The notes under the pieces were generated by a model, which saw nothing but the letters and a program-made list of their open reading frames with translations, did not search any database and was not told the origin of the DNA. The position numbers and the translations under genes were made by a program. A stretch of DNA of 64,000 bases from Chthonomonadales bacterium (GTDB lineage: Bacteria > Armatimonadota > Chthonomonadetes > Chthonomonadales > Chthonomonadaceae), in NCBI GenBank assembly GCA_038231295.1, contig JBBRLP010000009.1, positions 1 through 64,000 of the forward strand, given 5' to 3'. Positions 1 to 9,900 of the stretch are shown one piece after another (positions within the stretch are counted from its first letter, which is position 1; each line of letters begins with the position of its first letter).

Positions 1-253
1 GACGACGCCCCCTTCTCCCCGGTTTAAGTAGGGGACAATCGGTCGGTGAGCAAGTCCTTTCGGAGGGAGGAGTCTGTCTCCTCCCCCTGAGCGCAAGCCT
101 GCTCGAAAACGGGCAAAATACTATTCGTCGGAGCATCTATTAGCGTTACCAAAGCAGTCCATTCTTCTCGTGCGAACTGCGGACATGAAGCATTTCGAGG
201 GAATATGGGGGATCGTTTCGGTCAGAGCAGCAGAGATGGAAGAGTCGTCCACA

Positions 254-301
254 TAAAAAGCAGCAGGAGAACAGTCGGGCCGCAACGAGAAGCTGCGGCC
301 C
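254..301 (-). terminator. Candidate intrinsic terminator downstream of the flotillin gene
   Basis: Perfect 7-bp GC stem (gggccgc / gcggccc, 277-301) about 20 nt after the flotillin stop on the minus strand. The T-run (TTTTTAT, 252-259 as the plus-strand complement) lies ~18 nt further downstream, which is a weak geometry for a terminator. Confidence 0.3.
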
Positions 302-330
302 GACGGCGTTCCTGACTATTTGAGTGAGTG

Positions 331-2406
331 TCAGGGTTTGGTGGTAGGGAGGGTGTCGTTGGCAGGTTGGGGAGCTGCCACGACCACCGGGACGGCTTCG
401 ACGACCGCCGCTTTCGGAGGCGCGGGCGTGGAAGCTTTCAGGGCTTCCATGAGCGCGGTCTGAAAGGCGGGATTCTCCGCGAGTTTTGCCGCCACCTGCT
501 CGGCCAACTCCGGCGAGACACTGCCCGGACTGCCGCCCGTCACCTTCGCAATCGCGGGCTGGAGCAGGCCGCCGATCTGACCGAGCAGACCGCTGACCGC
601 ATCTCCGCCGCCCATGCCGTTGGCCCCGTTGCGATGCCCGTTGCCGTTGCTGGTATGGGTAGAGGTTGTGTCCGTCAGGAAGCCTTCGAGCATCGAACGC
701 ACCCCGAAGCCCTTCGCCATGTTGTCCATCATCGTCGTCGCGGTCTCCGGCGTTCCGTAGAGCGTCATGTGGCCGTTAGCGAGGAAGTTGGCGAGCGCAC
801 GGGCGAACTCCACCTGCACGTCGCGTCCGGCCTGAATGGTCAGTTTCTGGACTTCGAGTTGGATACCGGCCTCGGCGAACTCCTGACGGTTCTCCAGTTG
901 CTGCCGCTCGACCTGCACCTTCGCCTGATCCACGTTGACCTGCTCGCGGGCCACCTCCACCGCAACCATCTGCTGGGCCTTGTCGCCCCGCGCCACCATC
1001 TCTTTCGCCTGCGCTTCCGCCTCCGCGATCTGGCGCTTCGCCTCGCCCTGCTTGGTCGCCGACTCCTTGTCCGCATCCGCCTGCTTCACACGGGAGTAGG
1101 CGTCTACATCGGCAAGCGACTGCTGCCGGAGCTTGTTCTGCTCGATCTCCTGCCGCGCCGCGATCAGTTTCTTGCTGGCCTCGCGGTCGGCTTCCGCAAG
1201 TTGCGTCACCGTCTGCACCGACTGGCTCGCCTTTTCGCGGTCGGCCTGCGCCAGGAAAGACGACTCTTCTGCCTTGGCGCGTGATGCCTCCTGATCGGCC
1301 ACCGCGATCTGCTTCTGCCGCTCCGCTACCGAGACGCTCTTGTCGCGCTCGACGGTCGCCATCTGAATCGCCTGCTCCTTCACCACCTGCGCAGTCTGCA
1401 CCGCCTGCTCCTGCTGCGCCCGCGCCACCTCAATAGACTGCTGCCGGGCGATCTCCTGCCCCTGAAGCTGTTTGTCCTTCTCGATCTTCGCCAGCTCTAC
1501 CTGCCGCTGCTGCGTGATGATCGCCTCCTGCGACTCCCGCTCTTTGTCAGCGCGGATTTTGGCGATTTCGGTGGCCTGCTGCGCCTCCGTCTCGGCCTGC
1601 CGTTGCTCCAGCGCCAAAATCTCCTGCCGCGTCTCGACATCCTTGAGGCGTCGGGCGCGTTCCGCCTCCCGCTCCAGGTGGTTGCGCTCGACCGCTGCCT
1701 GCGCCGTGATCTCCGTGATCTTGCGCTTGCCCTGCGCGTCGAAGACGTTGTTATCCGAGAGTTCTGCCGGGTCCGTCTGGTCCAGTTCCGAAATCGTCAC
1801 CGATTCCAGCAGCAGACCGTTCGCCTCCAGGTCCGATTTGACGTGTTCCTTGACCCGCTCCGCGAACTCGTCGCGCTTGGTATGTATCTCGAACAGGTCC
1901 ATCTGCGAGGCGATAGCCCGCAGTGCGGAGACCAGTTTCTCGCTGACCAGCGCCTCCACCGCCTCCGCATTGACAGAACTATCGCCGAGCGACCGCGCCG
2001 CATTCAGGATATGCTCCTTATCGGCCTGCACCCGGATATAGAACTGCGCCAGCACGTTCGCCCGCAGGTTGTCCCGGGTAATCAGAGCGTTCTGCCCACG
2101 CGGGTTGACCCCCAGCTTCATCGTCTTGAGGTTGATCTCTAACACCCGGTGAAAGAACGGCAGCACCAGCGCTCCGCCGTCCAGCACGACATGACTACCG
2201 CCCATTCCGGTGCGGACGTAAGCCTGATCTGCGCTCGTGCGGCGGTAAAAGCCCATAAACGAGATCATCGCTCCCGCCAGCGTCACCACGACGCCCGCAA
2301 TGGTGAGCGCGATGTCGGAGCCGGTGGACAGATGCATTCCGAACAGACTGCCCAGCGTTCCGACAAAAATCAGCACAAGCCCCAGAACAAGTACAATGAA
2401 TCCCAT
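331..2406 (-). CDS. Flotillin-like SPFH/band-7 protein (YqiK/FloA-type) with long C-terminal coiled coil
   Basis: 691-aa ORF. The N-terminal TM helix (FIVLVLGLVLIFVG) is followed by an SPFH core (VRTGMGG...VLDGGALVLPFFHRVLEINLKTMKL). A long Ala/Glu/Gln/Arg-rich coiled-coil region follows. Strong RBS GGAAGGAG lies upstream of the ATG at 2406. Confidence 0.85.
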   Translation of the reverse strand: MGFIVLVLGLVLIFVGTLGSLFGMHLSTGSDIALTIAGVVVTLAGAMISFMGFYRRTSADQAYVRTGMGGSHVVLDGGALVLPFFHRVLEINLKTMKLGVNPRGQNALITRDNLRANVLAQFYIRVQADKEHILNAARSLGDSSVNAEAVEALVSEKLVSALRAIASQMDLFEIHTKRDEFAERVKEHVKSDLEANGLLLESVTISELDQTDPAELSDNNVFDAQGKRKITEITAQAAVERNHLEREAERARRLKDVETRQEILALEQRQAETEAQQATEIAKIRADKERESQEAIITQQRQVELAKIEKDKQLQGQEIARQQSIEVARAQQEQAVQTAQVVKEQAIQMATVERDKSVSVAERQKQIAVADQEASRAKAEESSFLAQADREKASQSVQTVTQLAEADREASKKLIAARQEIEQNKLRQQSLADVDAYSRVKQADADKESATKQGEAKRQIAEAEAQAKEMVARGDKAQQMVAVEVAREQVNVDQAKVQVERQQLENRQEFAEAGIQLEVQKLTIQAGRDVQVEFARALANFLANGHMTLYGTPETATTMMDNMAKGFGVRSMLEGFLTDTTSTHTSNGNGHRNGANGMGGGDAVSGLLGQIGGLLQPAIAKVTGGSPGSVSPELAEQVAAKLAENPAFQTALMEALKASTPAPPKAAVVEAVPVVVAAPQPANDTLPTTKP

Positions 2407-2451
2407 GATACAAACTCCTTCCTTCTCGTCGAAGACAGTTCCGTCGTCTTC

Positions 2452-3186
2452 TCAGTGCATCTCTTCTACCAGCAGATGTCCCTGCGTGTCCATATCCAGC
2501 ACCATCGCGGAGCGGCCTTTCGCGATCTCACTCTGCCCCGGTGCGAGGCGGCACATTTCGTCGTGCAGGGTGCCGAATGTGTCGTAGATGTGCAGACGGC
2601 CCGCTGTCTGCGAAACCGGGTACACGACCGTTCCCGTCAGGCCAATCAGTTCGTTGCGGGAGACGATAAGCGTCTCCTCCTGCGGCATGAAGCGCCCAAT
2701 CAGGCTCGCCGCCACCCGCGCCCCTACCAGCCCGCCAACCAGCGCGATACTCACCAGCATCCACAGTTGTCGGGACGACGGTTCAGCCCCGTGCGCCATG
2801 ATCTGATGCGCGAGCAGACCGCACCCGCCCCAGATGAGCAGAAACGCCTCCGCGATCAGGATCAATGGAGCGCGGTTCGCACCCGTCAGGTTCAGTACCA
2901 GATGATTCGTGACCGTGACGTTCGGGCGTTCCGTCGCATTCGTCCCATTCCGGCTATTTGCGCTGCCCGCAGTTCCGGTTCGCGCCGCCGCCGGTGCAGG
3001 GCGAGCGGCCTGCCCGCCATGTGCGGCGTGCGTTCCTCCATGTACCGGCGTGTGGGCGTGGTGGCCTCCATGCCCTCCGTGATGCCCCAGTCGCAGCGAC
3101 GAGAGCAGCAGCAGCAGCGCCGCCACTCCCATCGGCAGCAGGAAGATAAGATAGTGCCACTGCAATAGTTCCGCCGCATTCGTCAT
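2452..3186 (-). CDS. NfeD/YqiJ-like membrane protein with His-rich N-terminal segment, partner of the flotillin
   Basis: 244-aa ORF 46 bp upstream of the flotillin gene on the same strand, the classic yqiJ-yqiK arrangement. Hydrophobic TM segments are followed by a C-terminal OB-fold-like region. An unusual GHHGGHGGHHAHTPVHGGTHAAHGG tract is present. Confidence 0.6.
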   Translation of the reverse strand: MTNAAELLQWHYLIFLLPMGVAALLLLLSSLRLGHHGGHGGHHAHTPVHGGTHAAHGGQAARPAPAAARTGTAGSANSRNGTNATERPNVTVTNHLVLNLTGANRAPLILIAEAFLLIWGGCGLLAHQIMAHGAEPSSRQLWMLVSIALVGGLVGARVAASLIGRFMPQEETLIVSRNELIGLTGTVVYPVSQTAGRLHIYDTFGTLHDEMCRLAPGQSEIAKGRSAMVLDMDTQGHLLVEEMH

Positions 3187-3422
3187 CTCGTAATTTCCCC
3201 TTCGCCTACAGGAGACGTACCGCCCTCCCCTGCGCTACCACCCCGCCCGTCCCATTCGATAAGAAATTTCTCCGTTTCAAAACGGCCGGCAATCGCCAAT
3301 TCACCGTTCCCCCGCCGAACACCTTTTTGACGTGAAAATCACCGCCCAAAGAAAAACCGTCTGGCCTGCAATCTCTTGCCGGTCAGGCGGTCTCACTCTT
3401 CCTTCCCAACGCTATCGTGCCG

Positions 3423-4775
3423 TCAGTCCACGCCTTTGAGGGAGGCGATGGGCGTCAGGGTATAGGCGATGCGGGCAAGCCCGGCATCCACCACCGCCCC
3501 AACAACCTCCTTCGCGGGCTTGTAGCAGTTCGGCGATTCGTCAATCGGGACGTTGCCGCCCGCGTTGACCATCACGTTGAGCCGCTTCATCTGCTCGTTG
3601 ACCTCCTTCTGGCTGTACTGCCTTTTCGCGGCCGACCGCGACAGACGACGCCCGCAGCCGTGGTTCACCGAGTAGAGGCTCTTCTCCGCGCCCGGCTCTG
3701 CATAGAGGATGTAGCTGGTATCCCCCATGCTGCCCGGAATCAGGATCGGGTGGCCCGACTTCTCCCACTTGGTGCCCTTCAGCATCGGGTGGCCTGCGGG
3801 GAAGGCCCGGGTCGCGCCCTTGCGGTGAATCCAGGACTTGCCGCCCAGCGTCGGGACTTCCTCCTCCTGAGCCAGGTTGTGGCTGATCTCGTAGACGAAC
3901 TCCGGCTCTTCGCCGAAGACCTTCTCGAACACCTCCCCGACGCTCTTCCAGATAAGCAGACGGTTGGCAATCGCGAAGTTGCCTCCTGCCGCCACCGCGT
4001 TGCGATAGCCGCTATAGAGCGGCGTTCCCGGCTCGAAGTAGACGGCCTCCGCCCCGCCCCGCACATCCACACCCTGCTTCTTGAGATACTCCTTGCCGTT
4101 CTCGATGAAGTGGGTCGCCAGCCCATGCCCGAAGCCACGGGAGCCGGTATGCACCATCACCCACAGATGATCGTCCTGATCGAACTGTAACTCGATGAAG
4201 TGGTTGCCGCCTCCCAGACTGCCAAGCTGCCCAATGCCGCGCTCCAGCGGACGCTTCGGAATATCCCAGGTATCGTCCACCGGAATGAAGTCGCGCTCGG
4301 AGTTTTCGCGGGGAATGCCGAGTGCGCTCGCCCCGTGCCGCACGATCTCCTCGAAACGCTTGTGGTTCACCGGGTGCTTGCCGCCATGCCCCGCCCCCAT
4401 CCCGATCTGCTCCATGACGCGCTCGGAGAACCGCTGACGCAGGGTCTCGCTGAACCCCTTGCCCTTGCTCACCGTAGACTTGAACGCCATCATCCCACAG
4501 CCTATATCGAACCCGACCGGCGCCTGACAGAGTGTCCCGTTGGTCGCCATCACACAGCCCACCGGCACGACATAGCCGGTATGCACATCGGGTGTAATCA
4601 CCACCTCCTGCACCCCCGGAAACTCCGTTGCGGCCACAATCTGTCGGAATATCTCCTCTTCGCTCTCCTGGAACAGTTTCTCAGACAGGAACAACCGCAC
4701 CGGCACCTTGACTCCCTTGTTGAGTTCGTAGTACTGTCCCTCCGCGTTCCACTCACACTGCCATTTCAGACTCAT
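3423..4775 (-). CDS. rtcB: RNA-splicing ligase RtcB (3'-phosphate/5'-hydroxyl nucleic acid ligase)
   Basis: 450-aa ORF with hallmark RtcB motifs (GFDIGCGM, GGGNHFIEL, HTGSRGFGH, NHGCGR). RBS GGGAGGAAAG lies upstream. No rtcA or rtcR gene is adjacent. Confidence 0.9.
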   Translation of the reverse strand: MSLKWQCEWNAEGQYYELNKGVKVPVRLFLSEKLFQESEEEIFRQIVAATEFPGVQEVVITPDVHTGYVVPVGCVMATNGTLCQAPVGFDIGCGMMAFKSTVSKGKGFSETLRQRFSERVMEQIGMGAGHGGKHPVNHKRFEEIVRHGASALGIPRENSERDFIPVDDTWDIPKRPLERGIGQLGSLGGGNHFIELQFDQDDHLWVMVHTGSRGFGHGLATHFIENGKEYLKKQGVDVRGGAEAVYFEPGTPLYSGYRNAVAAGGNFAIANRLLIWKSVGEVFEKVFGEEPEFVYEISHNLAQEEEVPTLGGKSWIHRKGATRAFPAGHPMLKGTKWEKSGHPILIPGSMGDTSYILYAEPGAEKSLYSVNHGCGRRLSRSAAKRQYSQKEVNEQMKRLNVMVNAGGNVPIDESPNCYKPAKEVVGAVVDAGLARIAYTLTPIASLKGVD

Positions 4776-4950
4776 CTTTCCTCCCGGTCACACCGGAGCC
4801 AATCACTGCCCCTGCTCTCTTCTCGTACACTAACGGCCTGCTGCTAAACACCAACTTTCTCCGCCGTCCGGCAGGCTTCCTCGCCCGCCTCCCTTCCTGT
4901 TGACAGCCTTTCTCACGCCAGAGTTGCACCCCTTGCCTCCTAACCTCCAA

Positions 4951-4998
4951 ATACGAAAAGGGCGCGTATCCGTCCCAGAAGTGAACAGATACGCGCCC
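4951..4998 (-). terminator. Rho-independent terminator after the 559-aa secreted protein gene
   Basis: Perfect 11-bp stem (gggcgcgtatc ... gatacgcgccc) with a 17-nt loop. On the minus strand it is followed directly by TTTTCGTAT, about 50 nt after the stop at 5045. Confidence 0.6.
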
Positions 4999-5044
4999 TT
5001 GATGTTGCCGCTTCCACCATGCGAAGCGAGGAAGAGAAACCAGA

Positions 5045-6724
5045 CTACAGTTTCGTCACCTCTCCGCTGACCCGGGCGAGAGCCTTCTTGCCCTCATCCT
5101 CCAGGCCGAAGACATTACTCTGAACGCCCTTTTTGATCTCCTCTAGTGCCGACATCGCCTCTGCTTTATTGCCCTGCTTCAAGCAGCACTCCACCAGAGC
5201 GACACGAGCAAAGAAGTAACTGGGGTTTCCATCTATAGCTTCACGGAAGTTCTTTTCCGCTTCGGCATACTGCCCCGCATTAAACTTATCGTTGCCCTCG
5301 TTGAAGTAGTCTTCAGCCGACATCCCAGCACCTGGGTCTGCCCGCTCCGCTAGGCCAAAACCTCTGCGGATTAGCTGGCGCATAGTGATGGCGAGATCGT
5401 GCGGAGACATCCCGAACATTTGAGCGGTATGGGTATCTACCGTAACCACCTGTCCCTTGGGTGTCATCAGAACAAACTCTTTCTTTCTGGCTTCTATGCG
5501 AATTGTTTCCAGATCGGCCAGATTCTGCTGCTTCAGAGCCTTACTGATGAGAGTTGCACGTTCGAGCGGATTGTAGGGTGTGCGGGGTATGCCGAACATA
5601 CGCACCAGTATCTTACCCCCGATTTTGACCACGCCAATCGTTTCCGATACCCCAGGCATCGTCCCTATTTCCCCGGTTATTTTGACACCCGATTTCATTC
5701 CAGTCAGCGGAGAAGCCGGAACGGGCAGCAACTGCGCCAATGTACTCGATGTAGACGTAGCAGCGACCATCGTATCCTGGAAAAGTTGGCTATCCTTGCC
5801 TATCCCATTCACTTTATTTGTGAGAGTGACCCCATACTCGGCCAGCGGTCGTTCGTTCGACTCCAACCCTATCAAGGCATAGCGCAGGAAACTTTTCCTG
5901 GCGGTCTTGTCTCCCGTACCCGTTTCGTTATTGGCGATGACGACCGACTGCGCGGTGATTCCGGAGCCGCTATCGTTGAGAATACCGAGAAGGCCGCTGT
6001 AGTTCGGAACACGATCCTGATCTTCGTGGCTAAGATGTCCCCCAAGCAACAGGACTCTATTCGCGGCTTTGCAGCCAGCGAGCTGGAAATCCGTATCGGT
6101 CAGTTCACTGTCATCACCGGTCAGAACCTTGACTTTGGCTTTGTCATCTCCCTGACCGGAACCTGCCCGTACATAGGCGGAGACAACTACCGCGACGAAC
6201 TGGTTGCTCTGAGCCATCTTGCTGATGGCATTACGCGCTGTCTTGAAATTCAGCGCCGTAGGTTCACCGTGCAAGGGAACGGTAGCGTCTTTGGTATAAA
6301 ACCGGCTCTTGAACAGCCCCAGATCGCTCGTTCGTGGCTGATTCTCCAGCAGCTTTTCTGTGTACTCGGTATAGGGAGTCGGCTCGTAATTTTTCGCGCC
6401 ACCCTCAAATCCAGCAGGCAGGCTTTTCGTTCTTTCAAAGTTTTCGACATCCGCGCCTCTTGCGAGTAACACGATATGATCTGCGGGAACTTTGAGATTT
6501 CCAGTGAACTGCCTGAACGCACGGATAGCATCCCATTGGATGGTGCGGTCATTGGCCGCTCGAGTGGTATCCGGGGCATTCGCACCAAGAATAATCACCC
6601 ATCCGGGAGACTTATCATTGGCCGGAGTCGCACGGGGTGGATTCGGTTGCTGCGCCAGAATGCCACTCGCACTAAGAGTGGTCAGAGCGCACACGATTGA
6701 GAGTATTAAGGGACTGCGTCGCAT
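5045..6724 (-). CDS. Secreted hypothetical protein with C-terminal TPR-like repeats
   Basis: 559-aa ORF with an N-terminal signal peptide (MRRSPLILSIVCALTTLSASGILA). The C-terminal ~120 aa has a TPR-like pattern (AEDYFNEGNDKFNAGQYAEAEKNFREAIDGNPSYFFARVALVECCLKQGNKAEA). The function of the central region is not recognised. Confidence 0.5.
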   Translation of the reverse strand: MRRSPLILSIVCALTTLSASGILAQQPNPPRATPANDKSPGWVIILGANAPDTTRAANDRTIQWDAIRAFRQFTGNLKVPADHIVLLARGADVENFERTKSLPAGFEGGAKNYEPTPYTEYTEKLLENQPRTSDLGLFKSRFYTKDATVPLHGEPTALNFKTARNAISKMAQSNQFVAVVVSAYVRAGSGQGDDKAKVKVLTGDDSELTDTDFQLAGCKAANRVLLLGGHLSHEDQDRVPNYSGLLGILNDSGSGITAQSVVIANNETGTGDKTARKSFLRYALIGLESNERPLAEYGVTLTNKVNGIGKDSQLFQDTMVAATSTSSTLAQLLPVPASPLTGMKSGVKITGEIGTMPGVSETIGVVKIGGKILVRMFGIPRTPYNPLERATLISKALKQQNLADLETIRIEARKKEFVLMTPKGQVVTVDTHTAQMFGMSPHDLAITMRQLIRRGFGLAERADPGAGMSAEDYFNEGNDKFNAGQYAEAEKNFREAIDGNPSYFFARVALVECCLKQGNKAEAMSALEEIKKGVQSNVFGLEDEGKKALARVSGEVTKL

Positions 6725-6875
6725 CAGCTTCCTCCATCTTTATCACCAGAGTGAACAGGCTTCCTGCCTGCTCTGTTCTTGAGTAGTCAGACTAAATCGT
6801 CTACAGGATTGAAGTTCAGTAAGAACTTGTCCTATTAGGTTGTATTTAGTTTACATCCTAAGTAGCGCACTGTCA

Positions 6876-6891
6876 AGTGATCTTTTTCACA
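6876..6891 (-). promoter_or_regulatory. CRP/FNR-family-like binding site (TGTGA-N6-TCACT) upstream of the 559-aa secreted protein gene
   Basis: The minus strand reads TGTGAAAAAGATCACT, a 9/10 match to TGTGA-N6-TCACA. It lies ~160 bp upstream of the start codon at 6724. It is part of a 19-mer (caagtgatctttttcacac) identical to one upstream of pilB. It is embedded in a 12-bp perfect inverted repeat (6876-6887 / 6900-6911). Confidence 0.4.
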
Positions 6892-6916
6892 CTGCCTGAA
6901 AAAAGATCACTCGAAT

Positions 6917-9900
6917 TTAGGGAGTCGCTCTAAAAAAGACGGACGGCAAACCGTTCGCTCCCTCATGGAAAACACTCTTTTTCACCGGCAGCGACTGAAC
7001 TTCATTGGCTAAATCCAGCATGACAGGTTTCGCCCTGTCAATCAAGACCTTCATTTTCGCATCCATCAGATCATACAGGTGATCCACCGTGAGGTTTCCG
7101 CCGCCCGCCATTTCAGCCAGGCTGCTGATCAGCGCCTCGCCATAGAAAGTATGATGCAGTCCCAGTTTCGAGTCCGGACTGTAAGCATGTTGTTTTGCCT
7201 GACAGGACTTCAGTCCCACATAAGAGGCCGCGCTCGCAACGGGAGAGTTGGGTTCACTTGTATAGGCTCCATTGCGGCACATATCATAAAACGCGACGAT
7301 CTTCACGTTCGGGAATTCCAGTGCCACTCGGTTCGCCAAGGACTCTGCGATCAGGTTCTCCTTGTTGGACGCCATAAGCAGATAGTCGGCGGGCGCTCCT
7401 TTGCTTGGATCCTGTATCTCTCCATGTCCTGCCAGATATATGATGATATGCTTGGGGTTCTTGGTCCGAACATCTGCCATGAAATTATTGAACGCCTCTT
7501 CCAGACGATCCCGATCTATCAGATTGACTGTCTTAGCCGAATCCAGATGGAGGTTGTCGCTGGCTTCCACTCCACTGGACTTTCCGTACAGGGTGTAGAT
7601 ATTCCCTGCGGCATAATGGTATTTTTCGATCAGTGTCGTGGCAAGATCACGGCCTGTCTGAACGCCATAGGGAAGACTTTGAATTCCAGAGTTGGGGCCG
7701 TATTCATCTATGGCAGCGATGAATACCATCCCACCAGGATCAACCACATCGAATCGCTTTCGCTGCGGACTGACTTTCGTCTGTCCTTCTCCCTGTATCG
7801 CGGTGACCTGGAGGACGTATTCCCCTTCAGGCAGATCGGGTAAATAATATGTCGCCTTTGTGGCTTCGACACTGACTTGCTTCGTTTTAATCGTGATCAT
7901 TCCGGTACTGCTGTTCTGCAATACCGTGTATTCCGCCTGGGCTGCGTTTTCGACTGTGCAGATGGCAAAGTGATTCTTAATATCCGCTCGCTCAAAAGAC
8001 TGCTTGTCTATGTCAAACGCGAGTGCTTCTACCTTGATCTGGAAGCCCTGTGTTCTTAGCGTAATCTTATTTGACTTCAGGAGCGCCAGGGGTTGGCCAT
8101 TTTTCGTCAGGTCGGCTTCGACCGTGACCAGGGTCTCTTTCTGGTTTGGTTGAATCTTCAACTCGAAAACATACTTATTCGCACTCTGCTTCTGGGCCGT
8201 CAATATCACGTCGTTCTGTTTGACGACAGGAGTTACGGCACTGGTGATGGTTATCGTTTGATGATTATAATCATTTTCCTGCGGGAGGACGACGCTGCCG
8301 ATAGCGCTATGCCTCACAAGTTCTGCTTTCACACTATTTTCGAATTTGCCTGTGTCATTTAGCACCTCACTATCGCTCTGCACTTTGAACACAGCCAATC
8401 GTTTGCCGATTTCCTCTGCGCTGGAAATCCGCAGGGCCAGCTCTTTCTGATCCTCATCCCCCCAGACATCTTTGCTGCTCAACAGCGCGATCTGCTGATT
8501 CGCCAGGGAAACGCTTTTCGTTGTCTCTGCCAGTACCAGTTCATGGACACTGGTGCGTACCAGTTCACCCATTTTGTTCAGCTCCGCTTCTGTCAGGGGA
8601 GCCGTCCGTGGGTTCTTCGCTATCTGACGAATTTGATTATAGGCATTGCTGAATTTCGGGTCGGCAGGCAGCTTTGGCTCAAGTTCGCCGGAGGCAAGTG
8701 TCAGGGCCTTGCCCAGATCGAAGTTTGCAGTAATGGTTTGGTTATCGCTAAGCTGAATCTGTACCAGTGTCTGCCCCGCACCGGACTGCGCCCCGATGAG
8801 AGCCATCACCTGAACCGCACCTACTTCTCCTTTGATTGGCTGGATGCTCGCGATGGAGACCGGTTGGTTCCCTACAAGTACCTTTGTGACCTTTTGCTGG
8901 GCGTCCATACCCGTTACCTTCATAGAAACCAGAGCGAGACCCAGTCCCGGTGTGATTCCTTCACGCAAGGGCTGGCCCACAGCCAGACGCACCTTGATAC
9001 CGTCAGCGAGGCTAGCCAGGTTCTTCAGTGCGCTCTCCAATTGAGCGGTTTCACCCGCTCTCTTAGCCAGTTCGGCCAGTTTCCCGGTCACCTCAGCGAG
9101 GGCGAGGATCGCGGGCTTATTGTCCGGCAACTTATTAACCTGTTGCAGATAGACCTGGTTAAACTGGCGGGCGAAGTCCGCTTTTGCTTCATATTGAATG
9201 ATGGCGACCGCTTCGCTATCGCTTGCCTCTGCAAGCGGCTGATAGAAGGCCAGAGCGGTTCCGGCGGCGTTCAGGTAGCGTTCATCGTCACGGGTGGGTT
9301 CAAAAGCGTATTGAGCCAGTTCGCGGAGTTTTTCAGGCAGAGTTTTAATCAGCCCCTCTTGTTCCTGCGCCTTGAAGGTCAGCCTTTCGCTGCCGAAACT
9401 GACACGCTGCTCCTCTTTGCCCTGTAGAATTGCTACTGTTGGTTCGTTGCGCCCATCTCTGGGAACAGGCAGCAGATACAGACGTTCTGCATACCCGTCC
9501 GCTTCCGGGGACTTGGCGCTATAGGGCTGAATGTCGTAGGGGATACCGTTTACCCGAACGCCTGTCGGGGCCGTATAGTCGCTCACGCGCAGCACGGCCA
9601 GTCGAATACGGTCGTCCTTCGTATCCAGCCAGGCCAGTGAAGACAGACGTGTATTGAAGGCTATACTGACGGGTTGGCTGGTGGTCATCTCCGTCCCGTT
9701 GCGCTGTACGGAAGCACGAACTTGTGTGGTGTTGGCCCGCAGCACAACCCGTCCGACGACCATACTTGTCGTCTGTGCATCTGCGACCATCGGCAGAGGG
9801 TTCCCTGCCGCATCAAGGACAGTCAGGAAATTCCCGTCCTGATCGGCGACGACAACCTTGTCCTTCTCGACGAGATTATCCGCTGTGAAGCTTCCTGCGG

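Noticed and set aside
5045-6724. Caspase-like assignment for the N-terminal half of the 559-aa secreted protein
   Set aside because: A VIILGANAPD start resembles a caspase beta-strand 1. However no His-Gly ... Cys dyad with the correct order and spacing could be found. Only the TPR-like C-terminus is reported.
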